Below, in pieces: positions 27,310 through 39,142 of a stretch of 64,000 nucleotides of DNA. Source of the DNA: the human T2T-CHM13v2.0 reference genome, Homo sapiens; contig CP068257.2 in assembly GCA_009914755.4 (NCBI GenBank), forward strand, positions 42,976,001-43,040,000. Direction: 5' to 3'. Position 1 is the first letter of the stretch; each line of letters begins with the position of its first letter. The translations under genes and the position numbers were made by a program. The notes beneath the pieces were generated by a model, which was not told where the DNA came from, did not search any database, and saw only the letters and a list, made by a program, of their open reading frames with translations.

Positions 27310-28025
27310 AACTTAAAAATTAAAAATGGAACTACCATGTGATGAGCAATCCCACTTCTGTGTATTTAAACAAGACAAATTAAAGCCAGAGCTCAGAGAT
27401 ACCTGCACTGCCATGCTAACTGCAGCACTATTCACAACAGCAAAGATACGGAAGCAACATAAGTGATCATCAACAGATGAGTGGATAAAGAAAATGCGGT
27501 GCATATGCATGATGGAATACGATTCAGCCATAGAAAGGAAGGAGATCCTGTCATCTGTGACAACATGGATGAACCTGCACACACTATGCTAGGTGAAGTG
27601 ACCCAGGCACAGAAAGACAAATACTGCAGACCTCACTTATTTGTGGAATCTAAAAAAGCCAAGTTCACCAAAGCAGAGAGTAGAATGGGGATTCGAGGGC
27701 CAGGGGGTGCAGGGAGTGGGGACATGTTGATGACAGGATACAGCTTCAGCTGTGCAGGATGAGTCAGTTCTGGAAACCTCATGTGCAGCATGAGGACAGT
27801 TGACTGTAACACAGAACGCAACATAGTAACACCGAAATCTGCTAAGAGTCCATCTTAAATGTCTCATCACAAAATAAAGGTAACTACATGGGGTGATGGA
27901 CATATTAATTAGCTTGACCGTGGTAATCATCACACAATGTGTACATGTATCAAGACGTCATGTTGTATACCTTGAATTTATATAATTCTTGTTTGTCAAT
28001 TATATCTCAATAAAGCTGGGGAAAA
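27310..28025 (+). mobile_element. LINE-1 3' end (old L1P/L1M)
   Basis: gagtggataaagaaaatgcggtgcatatgcatgatggaatacgattcagccatagaaagg...tgtatcaagacgtcatgttgtataccttgaatttatataattcttgtttgtcaattatatctcaataaagc. Confidence 0.7.
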
Positions 28026-29813
28026 AGGGATAATGAGCTATTATCAAGTAATGTATATCTTAGATCACTCAAGTTACAAAGGGTATCATTAACTATACTC
28101 ATAAAATAGAAGCAGAAAAGCCACTGGAACTCTCAGTAGATTAATACACACACATTCACACACATACACACACACATACACAAACAAACTCACTCCTTCC
28201 TTAAAAGCCTGAGGCAAAATTCATGATAAACTAAAGTAGGAAAACACTGCATGCACGAGACCAAGGCTGTGCGACAAAGCAGCAAACATCGGCTTAGTGC
28301 GGAGTTGCGGGAAGCATTTCTGTTAACTTTGGAAACAAGACCAGAGGGCTGCTGTCATCGCGTCTCCAGCATTGTGCTGGGCAGCCAGCCACGACGAAAG
28401 GGAGTCAAATAAAACAAAAGACTATGTTTTGGAAAAGAAGAATCCAAATGTGTGTCACTTGCAGAAGACCTGGCCGTGGGCCACCCTGCCCTCCAGACTC
28501 ACATCCCCTCCCGGCACCTCCCTCTCCCAGCCAGGGCCATTTAATCCCTGCCATTCAACTCACTCAGATCCCCAGAGTGTCTGCTTGATTTAAGAAATGG
28601 TTTGATCATTTGATTGTCCACAGAAGCTGCCCTGCTGGCCCCCAGTGGAAAGTTCCATGATCCAAAAAGTCATGTCTCCAGTGAGTCCAGGGCTCTACAG
28701 TTGCACCTCATGTTGTGGCTGACGTAAAAAGACTGTACGTGCACTGTGTGTGTCTGTAGTACATCCACTAATACGATGTCACCCTAGACTTCCTGGCTTT
28801 CCTATCATCTCCTGAAAGCATCACCAAGTCCTTCAGTCCCAGAAAGCGGATTAAGCACACAGATCTCACACACCTGTACTAATAATCACTGAAAGGATAT
28901 TTAAAGAGTTATAAAAAATGAAATCAAAATTATCTAACAAAAACGGGAGGCTCAGCAGGGTCCTTCATATGTTTGTAGAAAAGAGAAGCAGACAGAAACA
29001 GGTTAGGGAGTAAATTGGAGCAGGACCCTAATGCACTGGAATAAAATAGTCTTTTATTCAGAAAACTGAATGAACTGCCACCAATGAGCAGACTATCTGA
29101 TGTCCAATGAAACAAGAAAAAAACATTTAAAAACTCAAAGTAACATCATCAGAGTGAATGGATAACATATTTCATTCATCACAAGATGAAATAAAAAGTC
29201 ATAAAAAGAGAGACCAGGAAAGATGAAATTATTATTAAAAATGGAAAAACACTTCGGAGATAAGTCTTTATATTGAAAGGCTCAATAAGTTCTAACCACA
29301 GAAAGTAAAATAATGCATTAGCCTAGAAACAAAAGCGTGACACTTTAGAACAATAAAAAGAAACCCAAATGCTCCCAGAGAGTTAAGGAAAGAGAGAGAG
29401 AAACTAAAAAATGACAAATGACCAGTATCAGACTGTCATCAGCAACACTGGACATCACAAAAAAATGGTGACATGTGTTCATCATTTTGAGGAAAAGTAA
29501 TTTAAAACCAGAATTTTATACCCAGCTAAACTATCATTATAAATGTGAGGATAAAGTTGACATATTTTCAGACAAGCAAGGAATCTTAAAATGTATGTCC
29601 TAAAATCACCATATATGAAAAAGTACTTGATCTTTCACCAAGGCAAAATGAAAATTGAAATAATCCAGAGTGCAGCTTCAAATAAAACAAAGAGCCTCTG
29701 AGGGTGGCATGGAAGAGCTGAAGAGACAAAAATAAAGCTTGGATCCACCAGCTACTGAATCTCTGAGCATTCTCCTTACAAGGTGTGAGGGATCGAAGGG
29801 AGGGCCACTTAGC

Positions 29814-30105
29814 TTTTTTTTTTTTTTTGAGACAGAGTCTTGCTCTGTCACCTAGGCTGGGGTGCAATGGTGCAATCTCAGCTCACTGCAACCTCCACCT
29901 CCTGGGTTCAAGAATTCTCCTGCCTCAGCCTAAGTAGCTGGGACTACAGGCACATGCCACCATGCCTGGCTAATTTTTTGTATTTTTAGTAGAGACCGGG
30001 TTTCACCATGCTGGCCAGGCTGGTCTCAAACTCCTGACCTCGTGATCCACCCACCTCAGCCCCCCAAAGTACTGGGATTAGAGGCATGAGTCACCACGCT
30101 CAGCC
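29814..30105 (-). mobile_element. Alu (minus orientation)
   Basis: Poly-T then gagacagagtcttgctctgtcacctaggctgg...gcctcagcc.aagtagctgggactacaggc...ggccaggctggtctcaaactcctgacctcgtgatcc. Confidence 0.9.
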
Positions 30106-30311
30106 AGCTTCCTCTTATCTTATCGTCTGTGCCGTTTTTATTTCATATGAAGTGTACATTTTTCTCCACGTTTATGTTTTAAGATGCTAAAAGTAATAAA
30201 ATATATCTAATCATAACAGAAACAGGATAGGTGGAAACAGAATTGCTTCCTTTGGAGAAACGTTCATCTCTAAAACCTCAACTCAACAAAAGCTTGCTTG
30301 AAATATTTTCC

Positions 30312-30815
<504 letters not shown>

Positions 30816-30822
30816 TTAAAAG
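30816..30822 (+). promoter_or_regulatory. TATA-like box (tttaaaa), 99 bp upstream of the ATG
   Basis: gggatttaaaagcc, colinear with the tataaaagcc of the paralogs. Confidence 0.6.
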
Positions 30823-30914
30823 CCCCACAGCCCTGAGCACCTCACTCACTCACTCACTCACACACTCACACACTCACTTACACCTCCCCCAGCTCACCTC
30901 CTCCCCACCCCAGC

Positions 30915-31811
30915 ATGGCCGCGTCCACCATGTCTGTCTGCTCCAGCGCTTACTCCGACTCCTGGCAGGTGGACGACTGCCCAGAGAGCTGCTGTGAGCC
31001 CCCCTGCAGCGCCCCCAGCTGCTGCGCCCCGGCCCCCTCCCTGAGCCTGGTCTGCACCCCAGTGAGCTGTGTGTCCAGCCCCTGCTGCCAGGCGGCCTGT
31101 GAGCCCAGCGCCTGCCAATCAGGCTGCACCAGCTCCTGCACGCCGTCATGCTGCCAGCAGTCTAGCTGCCAGCCGGCTTGCTGCACCTCCTCCCCCTGCC
31201 AGCAGGCCTGCTGTGTGCCTGTCTGCTGCAAGACTGTCTGCTGCAAGCCTGTGTGCTGTGTGCCTGTCTGCTGTGGGGCTGCTTCTTCGTGCTGCCGGCA
31301 GTTTAGCTGCCAGCCAGCTTGCTGTGCCTCTTCCTCCTGCCAGCCGGCCTGCTGTGTGCCCGTCTGCTGCAAGCCTGTGTGCTGTGTGTCCACCTGCTCT
31401 GAGGATTCCTCTTCATGCTGCCAGCAGTCTAGCTGCCAGCCAGCTTGCTGCACCTCCTCCTCCTACCAGCAGGCCTGCTGCGTGCCTGTCTGCTGCAAGA
31501 CTGTCTACTGCAAGCCCATCTGCTGTGTGCCTGTCTGCTCTAGGGCTTCCTCTTCACGCTGCCAGCAGCCTAGCTGCCAGCCAGCTTGCTGCACCACCTC
31601 CTGCTGCAGACCCTCCTCCTCTGTGTCCCTCCTCTGCCACCCCGTGTGCAGGTCCACCTGCTGTGTGCCCGTCTCCTCCTGCTGTGCCCCCACCTCCTCC
31701 TGCCAGTCCAGCTGCTGCTGCCCGGCCTCCTGCGTGTCCCTCCTCTGCCGCCCCGCAAGCTCCCGCCTGGCCTGCTACAGCCTCTGCTCAGGCAAGAAGT
31801 CCAGCTGCTGA
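30915..31811 (+). CDS. KRTAP10-11: Keratin-associated protein 10 family, 298 aa, single exon
   Basis: ATG at 30915, TGA at 31809-31811. [31 protein letters not shown]... The 298-aa length and position match KRTAP10-11. Confidence 0.8.
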   Translation: MAASTMSVCSSAYSDSWQVDDCPESCCEPPCSAPSCCAPAPSLSLVCTPVSCVSSPCCQAACEPSACQSGCTSSCTPSCCQQSSCQPACCTSSPCQQACCVPVCCKTVCCKPVCCVPVCCGAASSCCRQFSCQPACCASSSCQPACCVPVCCKPVCCVSTCSEDSSSCCQQSSCQPACCTSSSYQQACCVPVCCKTVYCKPICCVPVCSRASSSRCQQPSCQPACCTTSCCRPSSSVSLLCHPVCRSTCCVPVSSCCAPTSSCQSSCCCPASCVSLLCRPASSRLACYSLCSGKKSSC

Positions 31812-32084
31812 GTGCTCAATCCTTGTCTCCTGCTGACTGTGTCTTTGCTGCCAAGCAGGATTCTCCAGTCTCAGGAGCCCCTGGAGTCCTCAGAATCCAC
31901 CAGCTCCATCAGTAGCCACAGAGCTGCTGCCTGAAGGGGATTTTGAGCGCGTCACACTTTCCTCCCCACTGTCTGGGAAGAGACAACCCACAAATCCCTC
32001 AGCAGGTGGACTGTGGCTTTCTGGAGCCCCCTTCTCCAAATGTGTTGCTTATACCCAATGTGACAAAGAAGAACTGCTCTAATC

Positions 32085-32090
32085 AATAAA
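32085..32090 (+). other. Polyadenylation signal AATAAA, about 275 bp past the stop
   Basis: ctctaatcaataaattcttgagtc. Confidence 0.55.
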
Positions 32091-34395
32091 TTCTTGAGTC
32101 AGGAAATACGGGCTGGTGTGCACTTTCTGCTCTTCCCCTGAGCCCCTCTGCCTACTCCAAATCTGGGGTGTGGGACCCACTGTCTTGTTAAAGGCAGACA
32201 GGACAGTGTCTCTCATTCCGAGATCAAACACTTGGAAGACAGCAGGCTTTGAAAGCAAATGTGATCAGCTCCACACTCTTCCTGCAGCCAAAGCCCTGCC
32301 CACAGGGGATGAGCCTCCAAGCTGAGCCAGGGAGGGGAGCAGAGCTGAGTGGGCTCGGCCTCTGGTGAGCTTTGGGCCACCCGCCCATGCCTGTCCCCTG
32401 CCAGTCCAAGCTAAAGCTGAGTCGGGAAGAAGCAGAAATCCCGTTCAGTTGGGACCTGAGAGCCCCAGGCACCGTGCTGGCCTCGTGGTGTGTGGGCCGT
32501 GGAAAAGGTGCCCACACAGAGGGCTGCCCCGAGAGTTTGAGGGCCACTCTGTGTGCTCTGAAGCACTAGCAATTTCATGGGCCCCAAGAGGGGTCCTGGG
32601 GTTACTCAGACGTCACTCATCCTACTCAGGGTTTAAGGCCTGGGTGAGGAGACACAGAGCAAAAAGACACCTTATCGATGAACCCTTAGGACAGTGGGAG
32701 AGGATGAGGCTGTAGTCTCAGTGGACCACTAGCACTGGAGAGTGAAGAGGGCACTAGTGAGACCAGTCAGGTCAGCACCTCCTCAGGAGGCTGGGAGGGC
32801 CCAGGGAAGAAGCAACAGAACAAAAACCCCAAGAGGACCTTGAACCAGAAAGTAGCTGAATTTAAACCCACGTGGACTCATAAATCTCTCAGTCTTCCAG
32901 AGTTTATTCAACCCGTGTCCGTTACTTGCTTATTCAAATATTAAGAAAAATACGGCCATCCCCATAAATAAGTGGACAAAGGCCTTCATGGACCTTTCAT
33001 AGCACAAACAGTTAAAAAAAGAGGGGGAGATGTTTCCACCTCACCACTAACCAAAGGAACAGGGGAGCCTGAGGCACAGGGGAGTCGGCACAGGGCGCGC
33101 CAACATTGCTGAGGCCAAGCCGCTGTGCAGCCAGCGGGCAGACGCACCCAGGGCCGCAGCCTCCAGGGCACCAGAGACTTTCAGCCTCCCGATGGCTCCC
33201 GAGGGGAAAGGCAGGGACAGCCATGGCCGAGCACAGCTTGTGACACCCGGGCCCCTGTGCTCTCTGTGGCAGCTGACATGCAGGTCTGCTGGTGGCCGTG
33301 TGTCCATGCAACTGTCCAAGCCCACGCGGTCAAGCTGCCGTGCCAGACGCAGAGGAGAAACTAGGGCTGCAGTGGCGGGGTCCCCTCCCTTGTGAACGTG
33401 CGTGAAGGTGCTCACAGCACAGCGACAGCTCCGAGTGCTCTGCCCCTCCCAGGTCCCGGGGTGCCCCTCCTGTCTGTGAGGGAGATGCGGGACCCACTGA
33501 GTCAGGGTCAGCTGCTGCCTGCAAAGGCATCCCGTGAAACCACAGGAAACCGCAAAGCTCCCTCCACCGCCTGCTGGACAGAGCCGGACGGCTCCTGGGG
33601 ACCGGGGGAGGGTGTCTGTAAGGCGAGGACATGGTTGGTGCATGCTCGTCAGGGTGTGATCAGAGACCCTCCAGCCTGCAGACACCCTCGCCCAGTTGTA
33701 AGGGTGAGAGCACAGCCCCAGGCGAGGCTGCTGGCCTGGGAGGAGGGATGAGCAGCGGTCTGTGGAGGAGGCCTTCTAAGGAGTCCCCCTGCACCTCACA
33801 TGCTCATCAATACAGGGCATCCTGGTAACGGAAGTTTCTAGATATGGGCCTCTCAGCAGGAGGGGTACACTGGCTGGTGCTCCTCTTAGCTGATTTCTTG
33901 GTTCCCAAACGGCTCCCCCGCTACCCACGTGTGCCAACAGCCCCCTTCTACTGAGGACAGCACCCCCTCCAGGCAAATCCCACTCATACCCAGGACGTGC
34001 CCACACCCCTTCTCCCGTGTGGCCCACACGCATGCCACAGGGACCAAGCTGGCTCTGTCGGGGCAGCCCTCGGTTTTGGGGGCCAAGCTTCCCATTCTTG
34101 GAATTAGTGCAGGCATCCCCCATACAGGCCTCCCTCCTTCTGCAATAGCTTCAATGCCTGGATGGGAGCCAGGCCACCCTCAGGCCCAGCTTCGGGCCTT
34201 CCTGTGTGTGCAGTGGGCTTGGGCTGTGTCCTGAAGAGGCCCAGCCACGCGGATTCTCAGTGGACTCTTCCTTCCCAAGGAACCACGATGAAAGACGCCA
34301 CAGCCCACTGACGCACAGAGGAACCCAGGCTGCTCTCATGGCTTTGCACCGACCTCTTTCCTGGGCTGAACAGTGTCCCCTTAAAAAAAGACATG

Positions 34396-34690
34396 TTGGT
34401 CCAGACGTGGCGCATGCCTGTAATCTCAGCACCGTGGGAGGCCGAGGAGGGAGGACCACTCGAGCCCGGGAGTTCGAGAGCAGCCCAGGCAACACAGTGA
34501 GACCCCATCTCCACAGAAAATACAATACAATTTAGCTGAACATGGTGGTGTGCACCTCTAGTCCCAGCTACTCTGGTGGGAAGACGGCTTGAGCCTGGGA
34601 GGTCAAGGCTGCAGTGAGCCGTGATCGCGCCACTGCACTCCAGCCTGGGTGACCAGGCAAGACCCTCTCCAAAAAAAAAAAGAAAGAAAA
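34396..34690 (+). mobile_element. Alu (older, slightly 5' truncated)
   Basis: ggtccagacgtggcgcatgcctgtaatctcagcaccgtgggaggccgaggagggagga...gccactgcactccagcctgggtgaccaggcaagaccctctccaaaaaaaaaa. Confidence 0.85.
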
Positions 34691-34860
34691 GGTATATGTT
34701 GGATGCTGATCCCTCATACTGTAAACATGACCTTACGTGGAAACAGGACCTTTGCAGATGTAGTCAAGTTGAAGTGAAGTCATTAGTGGGGGACCCTGAG
34801 CCAACACCACTTCTGTTTTTATAAAAAGGCAAAATTTGCACACGAACGGGCACCTGGAGA

Positions 34861-34949
34861 ACGCCATGTGACGACGGCGGCAGAGACTGGGGCCACGTGA
34901 CGATGGCGGCAGAGACTGGGGCCACGTGACGACGGGGGCAGAGATTGGG
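34861..34949. repeat. Tandem repeat of about 29-30 bp, 3 copies, each carrying an E-box (CATGTG, CACGTG, CACGTG)
   Basis: gccatgtgacgacggcggcagagactgggg / ccacgtgacgatggcggcagagactgggg / ccacgtgacgacgggggcagagattggg. Confidence 0.85.
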
Positions 34950-36404
34950 CAATGCCCCTGCAGGCCAAGGACACCAAAGAAGGCAACAGGCCCAGAAAAC
35001 AGGACAGAGTCATCCCCCAGATGGGGACAGACTCTCCTTCACCACCATGGAAGGAACCAGCCCCACTGACGCCTTCACCTCGGACTGCAGTCCTCCAGAA
35101 CCGTGAGATGTGAGCTTCTGCCATGTCACATAGCTGGCGTGGGACTCTGTCACAGCAGCCCGCGGATGTCAACACGCCCTCCAGCTCCAGCCCCCAGTGA
35201 GGGTGGAGAGTCCAGGGAAATGGGGCTGGGGGCTGGGAAAGGAGTTCTGAGGGAAGTGCCTGGGGCCTGTGACCTCCTACAGGCCAAGGGACAGGCCACA
35301 GAGATCCCCAGAGGTGGACGGAGTCCTCTGAAGAGGGGACAACCATGGCTTGGCTCTGACACACCCAAGAAGTCTGAGGCCGGAATCTGCAGATGCTCTG
35401 GGGGAGGACAGGGTGACACTCCCTGATGGTCCCCCAGGTCCAGGTGGCGCCCCACCAGGGAGGGGGCACCAGGGGTGGACTCAGGCTCTGCAGTAGAACC
35501 TGGGGAGAGGACAGGTCTTGGCAGAAGGAAGCTGTTGGCACCAGCTAGAGTAGAGCCTCTTCCAGGCTGGGGGAGCCACAGGGAAAAAGCTCCCACAATG
35601 GACAGGCCACGAGCGGGAGAGTGAGGCCGAAGCCCTGGCAAGCAGAGAGAGTGACAGCCCAGTCACCACAGGTCTCCAGAGAGGAGACTTGTCTCTCCTC
35701 CCCTTTTCTTCTCCTTGCCTCCCCCACACAGCCCCAGACAGCTCACGGCTGTGGCTGGCAAGACCACGCAGTGTGTAGAAACACCAGGCTGTGAGACAGA
35801 GAAGTTGGATGTGTGTCCTGTGGCCACAAACTTAGTAGCTTCGAACAACACGAATGGATCATCTCATAGCAGTGGAGGTCCGAAGTCTGCTGTGGGTCTC
35901 ACAGGGCTAAAATCAAGGCATGGGCAGGGCGGGTTCCTTCGGGAGGCTGCAGGAGAGAATCTTTCCTCATCTCTTTCAGCTTCTGGAAATGGCTCGAGCC
36001 CTTGGTTCAGGGCTAGCAGCAGGCATCTCACTCACACCTGCCATGACCTTCTCCTCTGGCCAAATGTCCTCCTCCCTCCTTCTGATAAGGACCCTGTGGA
36101 GACACTGGGCCCACCTGGATAATCCAGGGTACTCTCCCATTAGCCACACCTTATGGTCCACACATATTAAGTTCCCTTAATTAGCCACACGTGTGAAGTC
36201 CCTGCTGCCACAAAAGGTGACACTCATAGGTTCTGAGAACCAGGATGTGGACATCATTGGCGACCATACTCAGCTGGCCACAGAAGTTCACCTCTATGGA
36301 CTAAGGGGAAAAAAATCAAGCTTTTAAAAAATGAAAGTTAGTTTGCTTCAGAAGTCTTACTGAGGACTATAGACCGAGGCCTATATAGCCCAGGAGCAGT
36401 TTAG

Positions 36405-36735
<331 letters not shown>

Positions 36736-37327
36736 CCATTCTCTAAAAGTTTAATTTTTTTCCTTAGATGAAAATCACAGTGACCCAGATAGGACTCAGA
36801 GTGGACTGCTCAGGGACGTCTGGAACACTGCGGGGACCCAGCACCCCGGTACCAGCACAGGCCACTTGAGCCCCCACGGCTCCTCCATGGTTACAGGTGA
36901 CTGAGTGACTCTCTCCTGAGTCTCTGACCTCCCACTTGGTTGAGAGTCCTGAGTTGTATTCAGTTAGTTCATTTTACTTCTTGCTGAAGGGGTACATTCT
37001 TCTGTGAGACTTTTTATGTCTTACGAAGGGGGAATTCTCCTCGTTGAAAGATACTAGGTAGGAATGGCTTCATGTGTAACCCATACAGAGTCTATACTTG
37101 CAAGTATCTTTCTAGAAGTAAGGGGTTAGCTAAAGGAGATTGAACACTGAAATGGCCAAAACTGGGATTCTCAAACATTAAGGCGTGCCAGGTTTTCTGG
37201 GACTCCAGTTGACTACATATCATGGCCCATTCTTGTACACATTTTTAAATAGTTAAATTATATCAAGGAAAAGTCAGAACTCAGAATCATCAACCTGCAA
37301 ATATAGGGTTAAAATGTAGAGTCTTCT

Positions 37328-37633
<306 letters not shown>

Positions 37634-37813
37634 CTAGTCCTTGCCTTTTCCTGAACAAGATAACGTCTTATAGGGCGAGTGATGATGCCTCTGCGGTCCA
37701 TAACCAGATGTGCTCCTGCCCCCAAACCCGGATGTGATTCTGCTTTGATGCAGCTTCTGAGCCAGTTTCATGTGATCTGCACGTGCTGACCTCCCGCCAC
37801 CTGCATATGAACT

Positions 37814-37914
37814 GTGAGCTGAAACCCGGGGCGGAGCCTCTGACAGGGCTGCCCCCGGGCTGGTGTGAGCTGAAACACGGAGCCGGAATCTCTGACAGAG
37901 CTGCCCCCAGCTAG
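37814..37914. repeat. Tandem duplication of about 50 bp (2 copies)
   Basis: gtgagctgaaacccggggcggagcctctgacagggctgcccccgggctg / gtgtgagctgaaacacggagccggaatctctgacagagctgcccccagctag. Confidence 0.7.
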
Positions 37915-38728
37915 AAACCTCACTCTTCTATAGTCCTCGGTAAAACTTCTGAGTAAAGCTCACTTTAATTCCTTAAAAGCTTTTTTTATCAACACCACAA
38001 ACCTCTTTCCCATCCAGTTGGATGAAGGAGTAGCTATAGATTTAAATTTAGTTTAAGGTTTTAATTTCTTGACAAGAGTGGGTTGCACATACCAGCTAAT
38101 AAGCAGATGGCCCGTTTTACCTAAAATGGATCAAACTACAAAATTAGTGATTTGTCCTCAATCTCACCCAGAAGAGAGTAAGAACTGACCTCATAAATTT
38201 AAGGAACAAAGTGGGACGAAGGAAGCCTGATGTGACTGGGGTTGGGGGTTCCCATCAGGCCAAGCTCAGGAGCACGGCCCACTAGCCCGAGAGGGTGCTG
38301 TTGAGAGGCCGCTCACCAGGCCTAACATTCATCTGGTACCTGCCCCTTCTCTGCAGGGAAGGAGCTTTCCAGAATCCTGGGGAAGGTACCTCCTGAGGAA
38401 GGAGTGTGGGAAAGACACTGAGGAGAAGGCATCACACAGACTCAGGTGAGCACTCAGCATCTGGTATTTATGATATTTGCAAGAGACCTAACATCAGACA
38501 GTGCGGAGGGCCCTGTGGATGGCCCAGGCTGTGAACCCAGGAGAAACTGTGTAGAAAGGCGCATGGCCTCACCGGCTGGGATCTAGTGACGGTGCCGCAA
38601 AGGAGGCAGGCGGTCTAGTCAGGTGACGACAGTTTGCTGCGGGAGGATGTGGGGACTGCCTGGCAGGAGTTCAGAGAGCCTGCTGGCTTCTGACCTCGCA
38701 CCTACGAGGGTCATAGGAGGCCACCTGC

Positions 38729-39067
38729 TCAGCAGCCGGTGGGGGTGCTCCAGGTGACAGGTCTATAGACCAGGGTGGGGCAGAAGGGCTGGCAGCACCC
38801 AGAGGTTGGGCAGAAGGAAGCCACACACAAAACAGGCTTGCAGCTCACAGGCACACAGCAGGCCACCTGGCAGGGGCTGGGCACACAGCAGGCTGGCTGG
38901 CAGCAGGTGGATACCCCACACAGGGGCCGGCACAGCAGAGCCACACAGGGGGCTGAGCAGCAGCAGGAGGTCCCATAGCCCTCGGGTGGGTAGCAGGTGC
39001 TGGGGACACAGCACGGGGAGCCAGGGCAGGCCATTGGGCAGCCCGAAGAGTGGCTGGTGTGGCACAT
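38729..39067 (-). CDS. KRTAP12-4: Keratin-associated protein 12 family (high-sulfur KAP), 112 aa, single exon
   Basis: ATG (cat on + strand) at 39065-39067. MCHTSHSSGCPMACPGSPCCVPSTCYPPEG... ends ...TGC stop. The 112-aa length and position match KRTAP12-4. Confidence 0.75.
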   Translation of the reverse strand: MCHTSHSSGCPMACPGSPCCVPSTCYPPEGYGTSCCCSAPCVALLCRPLCGVSTCCQPACCVPSPCQVACCVPVSCKPVLCVASFCPTSGCCQPFCPTLVYRPVTWSTPTGC

Positions 39068-39134
39068 GATGGAGTGTGGACAGGTGGGGGGCGCAGAGGA
39101 CAGGGCTGGTCTGGAGCCTGCTTCCTTAGGTGGC

Positions 39135-39142
39135 CTTTATAC
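39135..39142 (-). promoter_or_regulatory. TATA box (tataaagg on minus strand), about 70 bp upstream of the ATG
   Basis: + strand ggcctttatacccaggc. Colinear with the KRTAP12 gene at 50864-51304, whose promoter has gcctttatacctggacccagg. Confidence 0.65.

Noticed and set aside
33047-35541. Long minus-strand ORFs (212 and 240 aa) in GC-rich DNA between the KRTAP10 gene at 30915 and the KRTAP12 gene at 38729-39067, as possible host-gene (TSPEAR) exons
   Set aside because: No recognizable protein-domain-like sequence and low-complexity Pro/Gly/Ala/Arg-rich translations typical of GC-rich non-coding DNA. I could not identify splice-site-bounded exons with confidence. This is left as unassessed rather than called.
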